Shown: piece by piece, positions 1 to 16,350 of the stretch
How positions within the stretch are numbered: position 1 is the stretch's first letter
Layout of the letters: every line of letters starts with the position of its first letter
Assembly: GCA_964016885.1 (NCBI GenBank)
Contig: OZ024742.1
Coordinates: 374,108,001 to 374,172,000 of the forward strand
Origin: Eledone cirrhosa
Lineage: Eukaryota
Reading direction: 5' to 3'
Length of the DNA: 64,000 nucleotides
Notes under the pieces: model-generated
What the model saw: only the letters and a program-made list of their open reading frames with translations
Database searches by the model: none
What the model was told of the DNA's origin: nothing
Translations under genes and position numbers: made by a program

Positions 1-3000
1 AAAATATAAACATATATAACATATAACATATATAAGATATATAATATATAACATATATACAACATATATAACATATAACATATATATAACATATATAACT
101 AACATATAATATTTAAGATATAACATATAACATATAGAAAATATAACATATAACATATATAATATATAACATATATAACATATAACATATATAATATATA
201 GAACATATAACATATATAATATATATAAGATATATAACATGTGACGTATATAACATATATAAAATATAACATATATAAAATATAACATATATAATATATA
301 ACATATATAACATTAAACATATATAACATATATAATATATAACATATATGACATATATAACATATAAGATATATATAACATATATAACATATAATATATA
401 ACATATATAACATATAAAACATATAACATATATAACATATAACATATATAACATATATAACATATAGAACATATAACATATATAATATATAACATATATA
501 ACATATAGAACATATACCATATATAACATATATAACATATATAACATATAACATATATAATATATAACATATATAACATATATAACATATATAACATATA
601 ACATATATAATATATAACATATATAACATATAACATATATAACATATATAACATATATAACATATATAATATATAACATATATAACATATATAACATATA
701 TAACATATATAACATATATAACATATAACATATAACATATGTAAGATATTTAACATATAACATATATAACATATATAACATATATAAAATATATAACATA
801 TAACATATATAATATATAACGTATAGAACATATAACATATATAATATATATAACATATATAGCATATATAACATATATGACATATAACATATATAACATA
901 TATAATATATTACATATATAACATATATAAGATATGTAACATATATAACATATAACATATATATAACATATATAAGATATAATATATAACATGTATAACA
1001 TATATAACATATATAACATATAACATATATAATAGATAACATAAATAACATATATAACATATATGACATATAACATATATAATATATAACATATATAACA
1101 TATCACATATATAACATATATAATATATAACATAGATAACATATATAACATATAACATATATAACATATATAACATATAACATATATAATATATAATACA
1201 TATAACAGATAACATATATAAAATATAACAAATATGATATATATAACATATATAACATATAACATATATATAACATATATAACATATAATATATAACATA
1301 TATAACACATAACATATATAATATATAACATATATAACATATATAACATATATAAGATATATAACATATAACATATAACATATATAACATATATAACATA
1401 TATAACATACAACATACATAACATATATAACATATATAACATATATAACATATAACATATAATATATATAACATATATAATATATAACATATATAACTTA
1501 TATAACATATAACATATAAAACATATATAATATATAATATATAACAACATATAACATATATAACATATATAATATATATAACATATAATATATATAACAT
1601 ATAACATATATAATATGTATAACATATATAACATATATAACATACAACATATATAATATGTATAACATATATAACATATATAACATATATAATATATATA
1701 ACATATATAACATATGTAACATATGTAACATATATCACATACATAACATATATAACATATATAACATGTCACATATTAAACATATATAACATTTATAACA
1801 TATATAACATATATAACATATATGACATATGTAACATATATAACATATATAACGTATATAGCATATAACATATATAACATATGTAACATATAACATATAT
1901 AACATATAGAACATATAACATAAATAACATATATAACATATATAACATATATAACATATGACATATATAACATATATAACATATAACATATATAACATAC
2001 AACATATATAACATATATAACATATAACATATATAACATATAACATATATAACATATATAATATATATAACGTATAACATATATCATATATATAACATAT
2101 ATAACATATCACATATATAAGATATATAACATATAACATATATAATATATAACATATATAACATATAACATATATATAACACATATAACATATAATATAT
2201 AGCATATATAACATATATAACATATAACATATATAACATATAACATATATAACACATATAACATATATAACATATAACATATATAATATATAACATATAT
2301 ACCATATAACATATATAACATGTATAACATATATAACATATATAACATATATAACATATAACATATAAAATATATAACATATATAACATATATAACATAT
2401 ATAACATATATGAAATATATAATATATAACATATATAACATATAACATATATAACATATACAACATGTATAACATATATAACATATAACATATATAATAT
2501 ATAACATATATAACATATAACATATATAACATATATAACATATATAACATTTAACATATATAACACATATAACATATAACATATATAATATATAACATAT
2601 ATAACTTATAACATATATATAACACATATAACATATAATATATAGCATATATAACATATATAACATATAACATATATAATATATATAACATATATAACAT
2701 ATATAACATATATGACATATAACATATATAATATATAAAGTAAATAACATATAACATATATAACATATATAATATATAACATATATAACATATATAACAT
2801 ATGTAACATATATAACATATAACATATATATAACATATATAACATATAATATATAAAATATATAACATATAACATATATAATATATAACATATATAACAT
2901 ATATAACATATATAACATATATAACATATAACATATATAATATATAACATATATAACATATAACATATATAACATATATACCATATATTAAATATAAAAT

Positions 3001-4975
3001 TTAACATATATAACACATATAACATATAACATATATAACATACAACATATATAACATATATAACATATATAACATATTACATATATAACATTTGTAATGT
3101 ATAACATATAACATATATGATATATAACATATATAACATATATAACATATAACATATATAACATATATAACATATAACATATATAATATATAATATATAC
3201 AACATATAACATATATAATATATAACATGTATAATATATATAACATTTATAACATATAACATATATATAACATATATAACATATAATATATAACATATAT
3301 AACACATAACATATATAATATATAACGTATATAACATATATAACATATATAACATATATAACATATAACATATATAATATATAACATATATTACATATAT
3401 AACATATGTAACATATAACATATATAATATATAACATATATAACATATAACATATGTAACATATATAACATATATAATATATATAGCATATAACATATAT
3501 AACATATAACATATAACATATATAACATATATAACATATATAACATACAACATATATAACATATATAACATATATAACATATAACATATAATATATATAA
3601 CATATATATTATATAACATATATAACTTATATAACATATAACATATATAACATATATAAAATATATAACATATAACATATATAATATATAACATATATAA
3701 CATATAGAACATATGACATATAGAATATATATAACATATATAAAATATAACGTATATAACATATATAATTATAACATATATAATATATAACATATATAAT
3801 ATATAACATTTATAACATATATAATATATAACATATATGACATATATAACATATATAACATATATAACAAATAACATGTATATAACATATATAACATATA
3901 TAACATATCATATATAACATATATAACATATATAAGATATAACATATAACATATAACATATATAACATATAACATATATAACATATATAACACATAACAT
4001 ATCACATATAACATATATAACATAAATAATATATAACATATAACATATAACATATATAACATATAATATATATAACATATATAACATATATAACATATAT
4101 AACATATAACATATAACATATATAACATATATAACATATATAACATATATAACATATACCATATATATCATATACAACATATATAACATATAACATATAA
4201 AACATATATAACATATTTAACATATATAACATATATAACATATATAATATACAAAAATAATATAACATATATAACATATAAGATATATATCATATATAAC
4301 ATATATAACATATATCATATATTTAACATTTATAACATATATAACATATAATATATATATCATATAACATATATAACATATAACATATATAACATATAAC
4401 ATTTATTAAATATAACATTTATAACATATAACATATATAACATATATAATATATAACATATATGACATATATATAACATATATAACATATAACATATATA
4501 TAACATATATAACATATAATATTTAACATATAACATATATAACATATAGAATATATAACATATAACATATATAACATATAACACATATAACATATAACAT
4601 ATTTAACATATATAACGTATCTAATATATAACATATATAACATATATAACATATAACATATATAACATATAACATATATAACATATATAACATATAAAAC
4701 ATATAACATATATAATATATATATCATATATAACATGTGACATATATAACATATATAACATATAACATATATAAAATATAACATATATAATATATAACAT
4801 ATATAACATATAACATATATCTCATATATAATATATAACATATATATAACATATATAACATATAATATATAACATATATAAGATATAAAACATATAACAT
4901 ATATAACATATATAACATATATAACATATATAACATATATAATATATATAACATATCACATATATATTATACATA

Positions 4976-5566
4976 TATGTTATATATGTTATATATGCTA
5001 TATATATTATATGTTATATATGTTATATATGCTATATATGCTATATATTTTATATATGTTATATGTTCTGTATGTTATATATGTTATATATATTATATGT
5101 TATATATGTTATATATGTTATATGCTATATATGTTATATATGTTATATTTGTTACATATGTCATATATGTTATATATGTTATATATGTTATATCTGTTAT
5201 ATATGTTATATATGTTTTATATGTTATATGTTACATATGTTATATATGTTATATGTTCTATATGTTATATATGTTATATATGTTATATATGTTATATGTT
5301 TTATATGTTATATGCTATATATGTTATATATGTTATATATGTTATATATGTCATATATGTTATATATGTTATATATGTTATATATGTTTTATATTTTATA
5401 TGTTATATGTGTTATATATGTTATATGTGTTATGTATGTTATATATGTGATATATGTTATATATTTTATATATGTTATATATGTTGTATGTTATATATGT
5501 TCTATATATTATATATGTTATATGTTATATATATTATATGTTATATATGTTATATATATTATATAA
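4976..5566 (-). repeat. Inverted block of the satellite (reads TTATATATG on +); left arm of a fold-back palindrome
   Basis: C/G skew flips at the palindrome ACATATATGT (4971-4980) and flips back near 5567. The only + strand MLY/VIY/ICY ORFs (4977..5450, 5011..5634, 5063..5566) lie here. Confidence 0.97.
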
Positions 5567-6148
5567 CATATTTAATATATATAACATATATAACATATAT
5601 AACATATATAACATATAATATATATAACATATAACATATATAATATATATAACATATATAACATACAACATATATAACATATATAAAATATATAACATAT
5701 ATCACATATATAACATACATAACACATATAACATATATAACACATATAACATATAACATATAAAACATATATAACATATATAACATATATAACATATATA
5801 ACATATATGACATATATAACATATATAACATATATAACATATATAGCATATAACATATATAACATATATAACATATAACATATATAACATATATAACATA
5901 TAGAACATATAACATATATAATATATGTAACATATAACATATAAAACATATATAACATATATAACAGATATAACATATATAACATATATAACATATATAA
6001 CATATATGACATATGTAACATATATAACATATATAACATATATAGCATATAACATATATAACATATAATATATATAACATATATAACATATAGAACATAT
6101 AACATATATAAAATATATAGCATATATAACATATATAACATATATAAC
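5013..6148. repeat. Long imperfect inverted repeat (fold-back duplication): arms ~5013-5561 and ~5573-6148, centre ~5567
   Basis: Rare variants mirror each other: GTGA ending 5450 vs TCAC starting 5702; TATCTGTTAT 5191-5200 vs ATAACAGATA 5961-5970; GCTATATATTTTATATATG from 5040 vs CATATATAAAATATATAGC ending 6121. The + ORF 4977..5450 and the end of - ORF 5702..6988 give nearly the same translation (..VISVIYVIYVLYVIC..YMLYVLYMLYVLCMLYM). Confidence 0.93.
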
Positions 6149-6692
6149 ATATAACATATATAACATACAACATACATAACATATATCATATAACATATAT
6201 AATATATATAACATATATAACATATAACATATATAATATATAACATATATAACATATATAACATATATAACATATATAACATATATAACATATAACATAT
6301 ATATAACATATATAACATATGTAACATATAAGATATATGATATATAACATATATAATATATATAACATATATAACATATAACATATATAATATATAACAT
6401 ATATAACATATAACATATATAACATAGATAGCATATATAACATATATAATATATATAGCATATAACATAGATAACATATAACATATAACATATATAACAT
6501 ATATAACATATATAATATATAAGATATATAACATATATAACATATATGACATATATCATATATATAACATATATAACATATAATATATAACATATAATAT
6601 ATAACATATATAACATATATAACATATATAACATGTAACATATATAATAAATAACATATATAACATATATAAAATATATGTCATATATAACA

Positions 6693-6712
6693 TATATGTT
6701 ATATGAGTTATA
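6693..6712 (-). other. Micro-inversion (~20 bp) of satellite sequence
   Basis: TATATGTTATATGAGTTATA is in the opposite orientation. It is bounded by perfect 12-bp palindromes AACATATATGTT (6689-6700) and GTTATATATAAC (6707-6718). Confidence 0.8.
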
Positions 6713-7336
6713 TATAACATACATAACATATAACATATTTAACGTATATAACATATATAACATGTATAACATATAACATATATAACAGATATAATATATA
6801 ACATATATAACATATATAACATATATAACATATAACATATCTATAACATATATAATATATAATATATAACATATAACATATAACATATATAACATATATA
6901 ATATATAACATATAACATATATATAACATATATAACATATAACATATATAACATATATAACATATATAATATATAACATATATAACATATAACATATATA
7001 ACATGTATAACATTATAACATGTAACAGATATAATATATAACATATATAACATATAGAACATATAACATATATAATATATATAACATATATAACATACGA
7101 CATATATAATATATAACATATATAACATATATATAACATATATAACATATAACATATATATACCATATATAACATATAATATTTAAAATATAACATATAT
7201 AACATATATAATATATAACATATAAGATATATAATATATAACATATATTACATATAGAACATATAACATATATAATATATATAACATATATAACATGTGA
7301 CATATATAACATATATAACATATAACATAAATAACA

Positions 7337-7354
7337 TATCTATCTATCTATCTA
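7337..7354 (-). repeat. (TAGA)4 microsatellite tail of the LINE fragment
   Basis: + strand TATCTATCTATCTATCTA at 7337-7354; this tandem motif was not noticed elsewhere in the window. Confidence 0.9.
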
Positions 7355-7366
7355 AGGCGGGTAAAA

Positions 7367-7564
7367 TTAACGAGATCCATGGACGAGTTCTCTCCAGCGG
7401 TCTCTGTCCCTCATTATCGCTGCCATATCCTGCATCTCCAACAGACCAGTGTCTGTCCTTAGGGGAACAACATATGTTAACCTTGGTCTTCCTCTTCTAG
7501 TGTGTCCATGTAGGGGCTCCGAAAGGAGCACTGAGTGCAATGTCAACTCTGGATGTCGGTGACA
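7367..7564 (-). pseudogene. C-terminal ~65-codon remnant of a LINE reverse-transcriptase ORF
   Basis: The non-repetitive part of ORF 7367..7765. The upstream MLY.. portion is satellite read-through. The remnant has no start of its own and no RT catalytic or endonuclease domain. Confidence 0.8.
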
Positions 7565-10500
7565 TATATACCGTATATAACGTATATAATATATAACATA
7601 TATAACATATAACATATATAACATATATAACATATATAACATATAACATATATAATATATAACATATATAACATATAGAACATATATCATGTATAATATA
7701 TATAACATATATAACATGTGACATATATAACATATATAATATATAACATATATAAAATATAACATATATAATATATAACATATATAACATATATAACATA
7801 TATAGCATATATATTATATGACACATATAACATATATAACATATATAACATATATAACATATATAACATATATAACATATAACATATATAACATATATAA
7901 CATATATAACATATAACATATATAATATATATAACATATAACATATATAACATATATAACATATATAACATATATATTATATAACATATATAACATATAT
8001 AACATATATAACATATATAACATATATAACATATAAAACATATAGTAGATATGACATATATACAACATATATAAAATATATATAACATATATAACATGTA
8101 TAACATATATAACATATATAACGTAGAACATATATAATATATAACATATAGAACATATAACAAATATAATATATATAACGTATATAATATATATAGCATA
8201 TAACATATATAACATATAACATATATAATACATAACATTTATAACATATAACATTTATAACATATAACATATATAACATATATAATATATAACATATATA
8301 ACATATATATAACATAAAACATATAACATATATAACATATATAATATATAACATATATAACATATATATAACGTAAAACATATAACATATATATAACATA
8401 TATAACATATAATATTTAACATATAACATATATAACATATATAATATATAACATATAACGTATATAATATATAACATATATAACATAACATATATAACAT
8501 ATATAACGTATCTAATATATAACATATATAATATATATAACATATAACATATATAACATATATAACATATAAAACATATAACATATATAATATATATAAC
8601 ATATATAACATGTGACATATATAACATATATAACATATAACATATATAAAATATAACATATATAATATATAACATATATAACATATAACATATATAGCAT
8701 ATATAATATATAACATATATATAACATATATAACATATAATATATAACATATATAACATATAGAACATATAACATATATAACATATATGACATTTATAAC
8801 ATATAAAACATATATAACATATAACATATATAATATATAACATATATAATATATATAACATATATAACTTGTATAACATATATAACACATACTATATATA
8901 ACATATAACATATATAAAATATAACATATATAGAATATATAATATATAACATATATATATCATATATAACATATATAACATATAACATATATATATCATA
9001 TATAACATATATAACATATAACATATATAACATCTATAACATATATAACATATATAACATATATAACATATATAACATATATAATATTTAACATATATAA
9101 CATAAATAACATATCTAACATATATAACATATATAACATATAACATTTATAACATATATAATATATATAGCATATAACATATATATCATATAACATATAA
9201 CATATATAACATATATAACATATATAAAATATATAACATATATAACATATAACATATATAACATATATAGCATATAACATATATAATATATAACATATAT
9301 AACATATAACATATATAACATATAACATATATATAACATATATAACTTATAATATATAACATATATAACATATATAACACACAACGTATATAATATATAA
9401 CATATATAACATATATAACATATATAACATATATAACATATAACATATATAATATATAATATATATTACATATATAACATATATGACAAATAATATATAC
9501 AATATATAACATATATAACATATAACATATATAACATATATAACATATATAATATATATAGCATATAAAATATATATCATATAACATATAACATATATAA
9601 CATATATAACATATATAACATATATAGCATATAACATATATAACATATATAGCATATAACATATATAACATACAACATATATAACATATAACATATATAA
9701 CATATATAACATATAACATATAATATATATAACATATATAATATATAACATATATAACATATAAAACATATAACATATATGACATATATAACATATATAA
9801 CATATAACATATATTATATATAACATATATAACATATAGAACGTATGACATATATAATATATATAATATATATAACATATAACGTATATAACATATATAA
9901 TTATAACGTCTATCATATCTAACATATATAATATATAACATATATAACATATATAATATATAACAGATATAACATATATAACATATACAACATATAACAT
10001 ATATATAACATATATAACATATATAACATATAACATATATAACATATATAACATATATAACATATATAACATATATAACATATAACATATACAACAACAT
10101 ATATAACATATATAACATATATAACATATAACATATAACATATATAACATATATAACATATAGTAGATATAACATATATACAACATATATAATATATATA
10201 TAACATATGAAACATATATAACATATATAACATATATAACATATATAATATAGAACATATATAATATATAACATATAGAACATATAACAAATATAATATA
10301 TATAACATATATAACATATCACATATATAATATATATAACATATAACATATAATATATAACATATATAACATATAACATATATAACATATATAATATATA
10401 AGATATATAACATATATAACATACATAACATATATCGTATATATAACATATATAACATATAATATATAACATATATAACATATATCATATATATAACATA

Positions 10501-13500
10501 TATAACATATATAACATATATAATATATATAACATATAACATATATAATATATAATATATATTACATATATAACATATATAACATATAATATATATAATA
10601 TATAACATATATAACATATAACATATATAATATATAACATATATAACATATATAATATATAACATATATAAAATATATAACATATATAACATATAACATG
10701 TATATAACTTATTTAACATATAATATATAACATATAACATATATAACACATATAATATATAACATATATAACATATAGAACATATAACATATATAACATA
10801 TATAACATATATAATATATAACGTATATAACATATATAACATATAACATATATAACATATATAACATATAACATATATAATATATATAGAATATAACATA
10901 GATAACATAACATATAACATATGTAAGATATATGACATATATAAGAAAAAAACATATATAACATATAACATATAACATATATAACAAATATAATATATAA
11001 CATATGACATATATAATATATAACATATATAACATATAACATATATAACATATATAATATATAACGTATATAACATATATAACATATAACATATATAACA
11101 TATATAACATATAACATATATATAACATATATAACATATAATATATAACATATATAACATATAAAACACATAAGATATATAATATATAACATATATAACA
11201 TATATAACATATATAACATATATAACATATATAACATATATAACATATATAACATATATAATATATATAGCATTTAACATATATATCATATAACATATAA
11301 CATATATAACATATATAACATATATAACATATAACATAAATATGACATATATAACATATAATATATAACATATATAACATATATATCACATAACATATAT
11401 AATAAATAACATGTATAACATATATAAGATATATAACATATATAACATATATAACATATAACATATATAATATATAATATATATTACACATATAACATAT
11501 ATAACATATAATATATATAATATTTAACATATATAACATATAATAACATATATAATATATATAGCATTTGACATATAAATCATATAACATATAACACATA
11601 TAACATATATAACATATATAGCATATAACATATATAACATATATAGCATATAACATATATAACCTACAACATATATAACATATATAACATATATAACATA
11701 TATAACATATAACATATAATATATATAACATATATAATATATAACATATATAACATATATAATATATAACATATATAACATATAGAACATATGACATATA
11801 TAATATATATAACATATATAACATATAACGTATATAACATATATAATTATAACGTATTTAATATATAACATATATAACATATAACATATATAACATGTAT
11901 AACATATATAATATATAACATATATAATATATAACAAATATAATATATAGAACATATAACATATATAATATATATAACATATATAACATATGACATATAT
12001 AACATATATATCATATAACATATATAATATATAACATTTATAACATATAACATTTATAACATATAACATATATAACATATATAATATATAACATATATAA
12101 CATATAACATATATATAACATATATAACATATAACATTTAACATTGAACATATATAACATATATAACATATATAATATATATATCATATAACATAGATAA
12201 CATATAACATGTAAAATATATAACATATATAACATATATAACATATATAACATTTAACATATATAACGAATATAACATATATCATATATAATATATAACA
12301 TATATAACATATATATAACATATATAACATATAACATATATATAACATATATAACATATAATATTTAACAGATAACATATGTAACATATATAATATATAT
12401 AATATATAACATATAACATATATAACATATATAATATATGACATATAACATATATAATATATAACATATATAACATATAACATATATAACTTATATAATG
12501 TATAACATATCTAACATATATAATATATAACATATATAACATATATAACATATAACATATATAATATATAACATATATAACATATATAACATATATAACA
12601 TATAACATATATATAACATATATAACGTATAATATATAACATATATAACACATAACATATATAATATATAACATGTATACAATATATAACGTATATAACA
12701 TATAGAACATATATAACATATAACATATAAAATATATAATATATATTACATATATAACATATAATATATATAATATATAACATATATAACATATATAATA
12801 TATATAGCATATAACATATATATCATATAACATATAACATATATAATATATAATATATATAACATATAGAACATATGACATATATAATATATATAACATA
12901 TATAACATATAATATATAACATATATAACATATATAACATATAACACATATAACATGTATAACATATATAACATATAACATATATAATATATAACATATA
13001 TAACATATAGAACATATAACACATATAATATATATATAACATATATAACATATGACATATATAACATATAACATATATAACATATAACATTTATAACATA
13101 TAACATTTATAACATATAACATATATAACATATATAATATATAACATGTAACATATATATAACATATATAACATATAACATATATATAACATATATAACA
13201 TATAATATTTATAAAAATAACATATATAACATATATAACATATATAATATCTATAGCATATAACATAGATGACATATAACGTATAACATATATAACATAT
13301 ATAACATATATAACATATATAACATATAACATATAATATATATGACATATATAATATATAACATATATAACATATATAATATATAACATATATAACATAT
13401 ATAGCATATATAACATATATGGCACATAGCACATATGACATATATAATATATATAACATATATAACATATAATGTATATAACATATATAATTATAACGTA

Positions 13501-13679
13501 TATAATATATAACATATATAATATATAACATATATAACATATATAATATATAACATATATAACATATATAACATATATAACATATAATATATATATAAAA
13601 TATATAACATTTATAACATATAACATATATAACATATATAACATGTATAACATATATAACATATATAACATATAACATA

Positions 13680-16350
13680 TATGACAACTTATATAACATA
13701 TATAACATATGTAATATTTAACATATATTTACATATATTACATATATAACATATATAACATATAAAATATAACATATATAACATATATAACATATAGTAG
13801 ATATAACATATATACAACATATATAATATATATATAACATATATAACATATATAACATATATAACATATATAACATATATAACATAGAACATATATAATA
13901 TATAACATATAGAACATACAACACATATAATATATATAACATATATAACATATCACATATATAATATATATAATATATAACATATATAATATATAACATA
14001 TATAACATATATAACATATAACATATATAATATATGGCATATATAACATATATAATATATATAACATATATAACATATAACATATATAATATATAACACA
14101 TATAACATATAACATATAACATATATAACATATATAACATATATAATATATATAGCATATAACATATATAACATATAACATATACCATATATAACATATA
14201 TAACATATATAACATGTATATAATATAACATATATAACATATAACATATATAACATATATAACATATATAACATATATAACATATATAACATATATAATG
14301 TATAACATATAACATATATAATATATAACATATATAACATATAACATATATAACATATATAACATATATAATATATAACAAATATAACATATATAACATA
14401 TAACATATATAACATGTATAACATTTATAACATATAACATATATAACATATGACATATATAACATATATAACATTTAACATATATAATATATAACATTTA
14501 TGACATATAATATTTATAACATATAACATATAACATATATAACATATATAATATATAACATATATAACATATATATGAAATATATAACATATAATATTTA
14601 ACATATAACATATATAACGTATATAACATATATAACATATATAACATTTAACATATATAACACATATAACATATTTAACATATATAACATATATAACATA
14701 TAAAACATATAACATATATAACATATATAACATATTTAACATATATAGCATATAACATATATAACATATAACATATAACATATATAACATATATTACATA
14801 TAACATGTATATAAAATATATAATATATATATAACTTATATGACATATATAACATATATAACATAGAACATATATAATATATAACATATAGAACATATAA
14901 CAAATATAATATATATAACATATATAACATATCACATCTATAATATATATAACATATAACATATATAATATATAACATATATAACATGTATAACATATAT
15001 AACATATATAACATATAACATATATGACAACATATATAACATATATAACATATGTAATATTTAACATATATAACATATATTACATATATAACATATATAA
15101 CATATAAAATATAAAATATATAACATATATAACATATAGTAGATATAACATATATACAACATATATAATATATATATAACATATATAACATATATAACAT
15201 ATATAACATATATAACATAGAACATATATAATATATAACATATAGAACATACAACACATATAATATATATAACATATATAACATATCACATATATAATAT
15301 ATATAATATATAACATATATAATATATAACATATATAACATATATAACATATATAACATATAACATATATAATATATGGCATATATAACATATATAACAT
15401 ATATAACATATATAACATATAACATATATAATATATAACATATATAACATATAACATATAACATATATAACATATATAACATATATAATATATATAGCAT
15501 ATAACACATATAACATATAACATATACCATATATAACATATATAACATATATAACATATATAACATATATAACATGTATATAATATAACATATATAACAT
15601 ATAACATATATAACATATATAACATATATAACATATATAACATATATAACATATAACATGTATATAACATATATAACATATAATATGTAACATATAACAT
15701 ATATAACATATATAATTTATAACATATAACATATATAATATATAACATATATAACATATAACATATATAACATATATAACATATATTATATTTAACAAAT
15801 ATAACATATATAAAATATAACATATATAACATGTATAACATTTATAACATATAACATATATAACATATGACATATATAACATATATAACATTTAACATAT
15901 ATAACATATATAATATAGAACATATATAACATATATATAAAATATATAACATATAATATTTAACATATAACATATATAACGTATATAACACATATAACAT
16001 ATATAACATTTAACATATATAACACATATAACATAGTTAACATATATAACATATATAACATATAAAACATATAACATATATAACATATATAACATATTTA
16101 ACATATATAGCATATAACATATATAACATATACATATAACATATATAACATATATTACATATAACATGTATATAAAATATATAATATATATATAACGTAT
16201 ATGACATATATAACATATATAACATAGAACATATAGAACATATAACAAATATAATATACATAACATATATAACATATCACATCTATAATACATATAACAT
16301 ATAACATATATAATATATAACATATATAACATATAACATATATTACATAT
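13680..16350 (+). repeat. Diverged tandem duplication, period ~1.34 kb
   Basis: Marker pairs: ATGACAAC 13681/15024, GTAATATTTAAC 13711/15054, AGTAGAT 13796/15138, CACATCTATA ~14933/16278. Offsets are 1333-1345. Confidence 0.85.

Larger units (their letters stand above)
7337..7564 (-). mobile_element. 5'-truncated non-LTR retrotransposon (LINE) 3' end, RTE-like clade, with (TAGA)4 tail
   Basis: The only unique-sequence, ~50% GC island. The - frame encodes CHRHPELTLHSVLLSEPLHGHTRRGRPRLTYVVPLRTDTGLLEMQDMAAIMRDRDRWRELVHGSR*. From memory this resembles the post-RT C-terminus of RTE-group ORFs (H..R..E ... WEP.HG...RGRP..TY ... DTGL ... M.DR..WR..V). The stop at 7367-7369 is followed by 12 nt and then a short tandem-repeat tail, as is typical of RTE elements. 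No database search was run. Confidence 0.85.

Noticed and set aside
7297-7500. + strand 67-aa ORF MTYITY..SKAGKINEIHGRVLSSG.. and - strand ORF 7497..7937
   Set aside because: These are antisense or alternative-frame read-throughs of the LINE fragment that start in satellite. The recognisable motifs are only in the 7367 frame.
7516-7537. GCTCC-GAAA-GGAGC hairpin followed by CTGAGTG, considered as a hammerhead ribozyme or terminator
   Set aside because: The stem is only 5 bp, there is no CUGANGA core in the correct arrangement and no U-tract. It lies inside LINE coding sequence and is likely chance.
7295-7600. Possible target-site duplication beginning GTGACATATATA on both sides of the LINE
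   Set aside because: Beyond 12 bp the two flanks differ in unit order and at several bases. The motif is common in the satellite, so a TSD cannot be supported.
10943-10952. AAGAAAAAAA run as a poly(A) retro-insertion
   Set aside because: It is only 10 bp, fits the unit register as clustered substitutions, and has no associated unique sequence.
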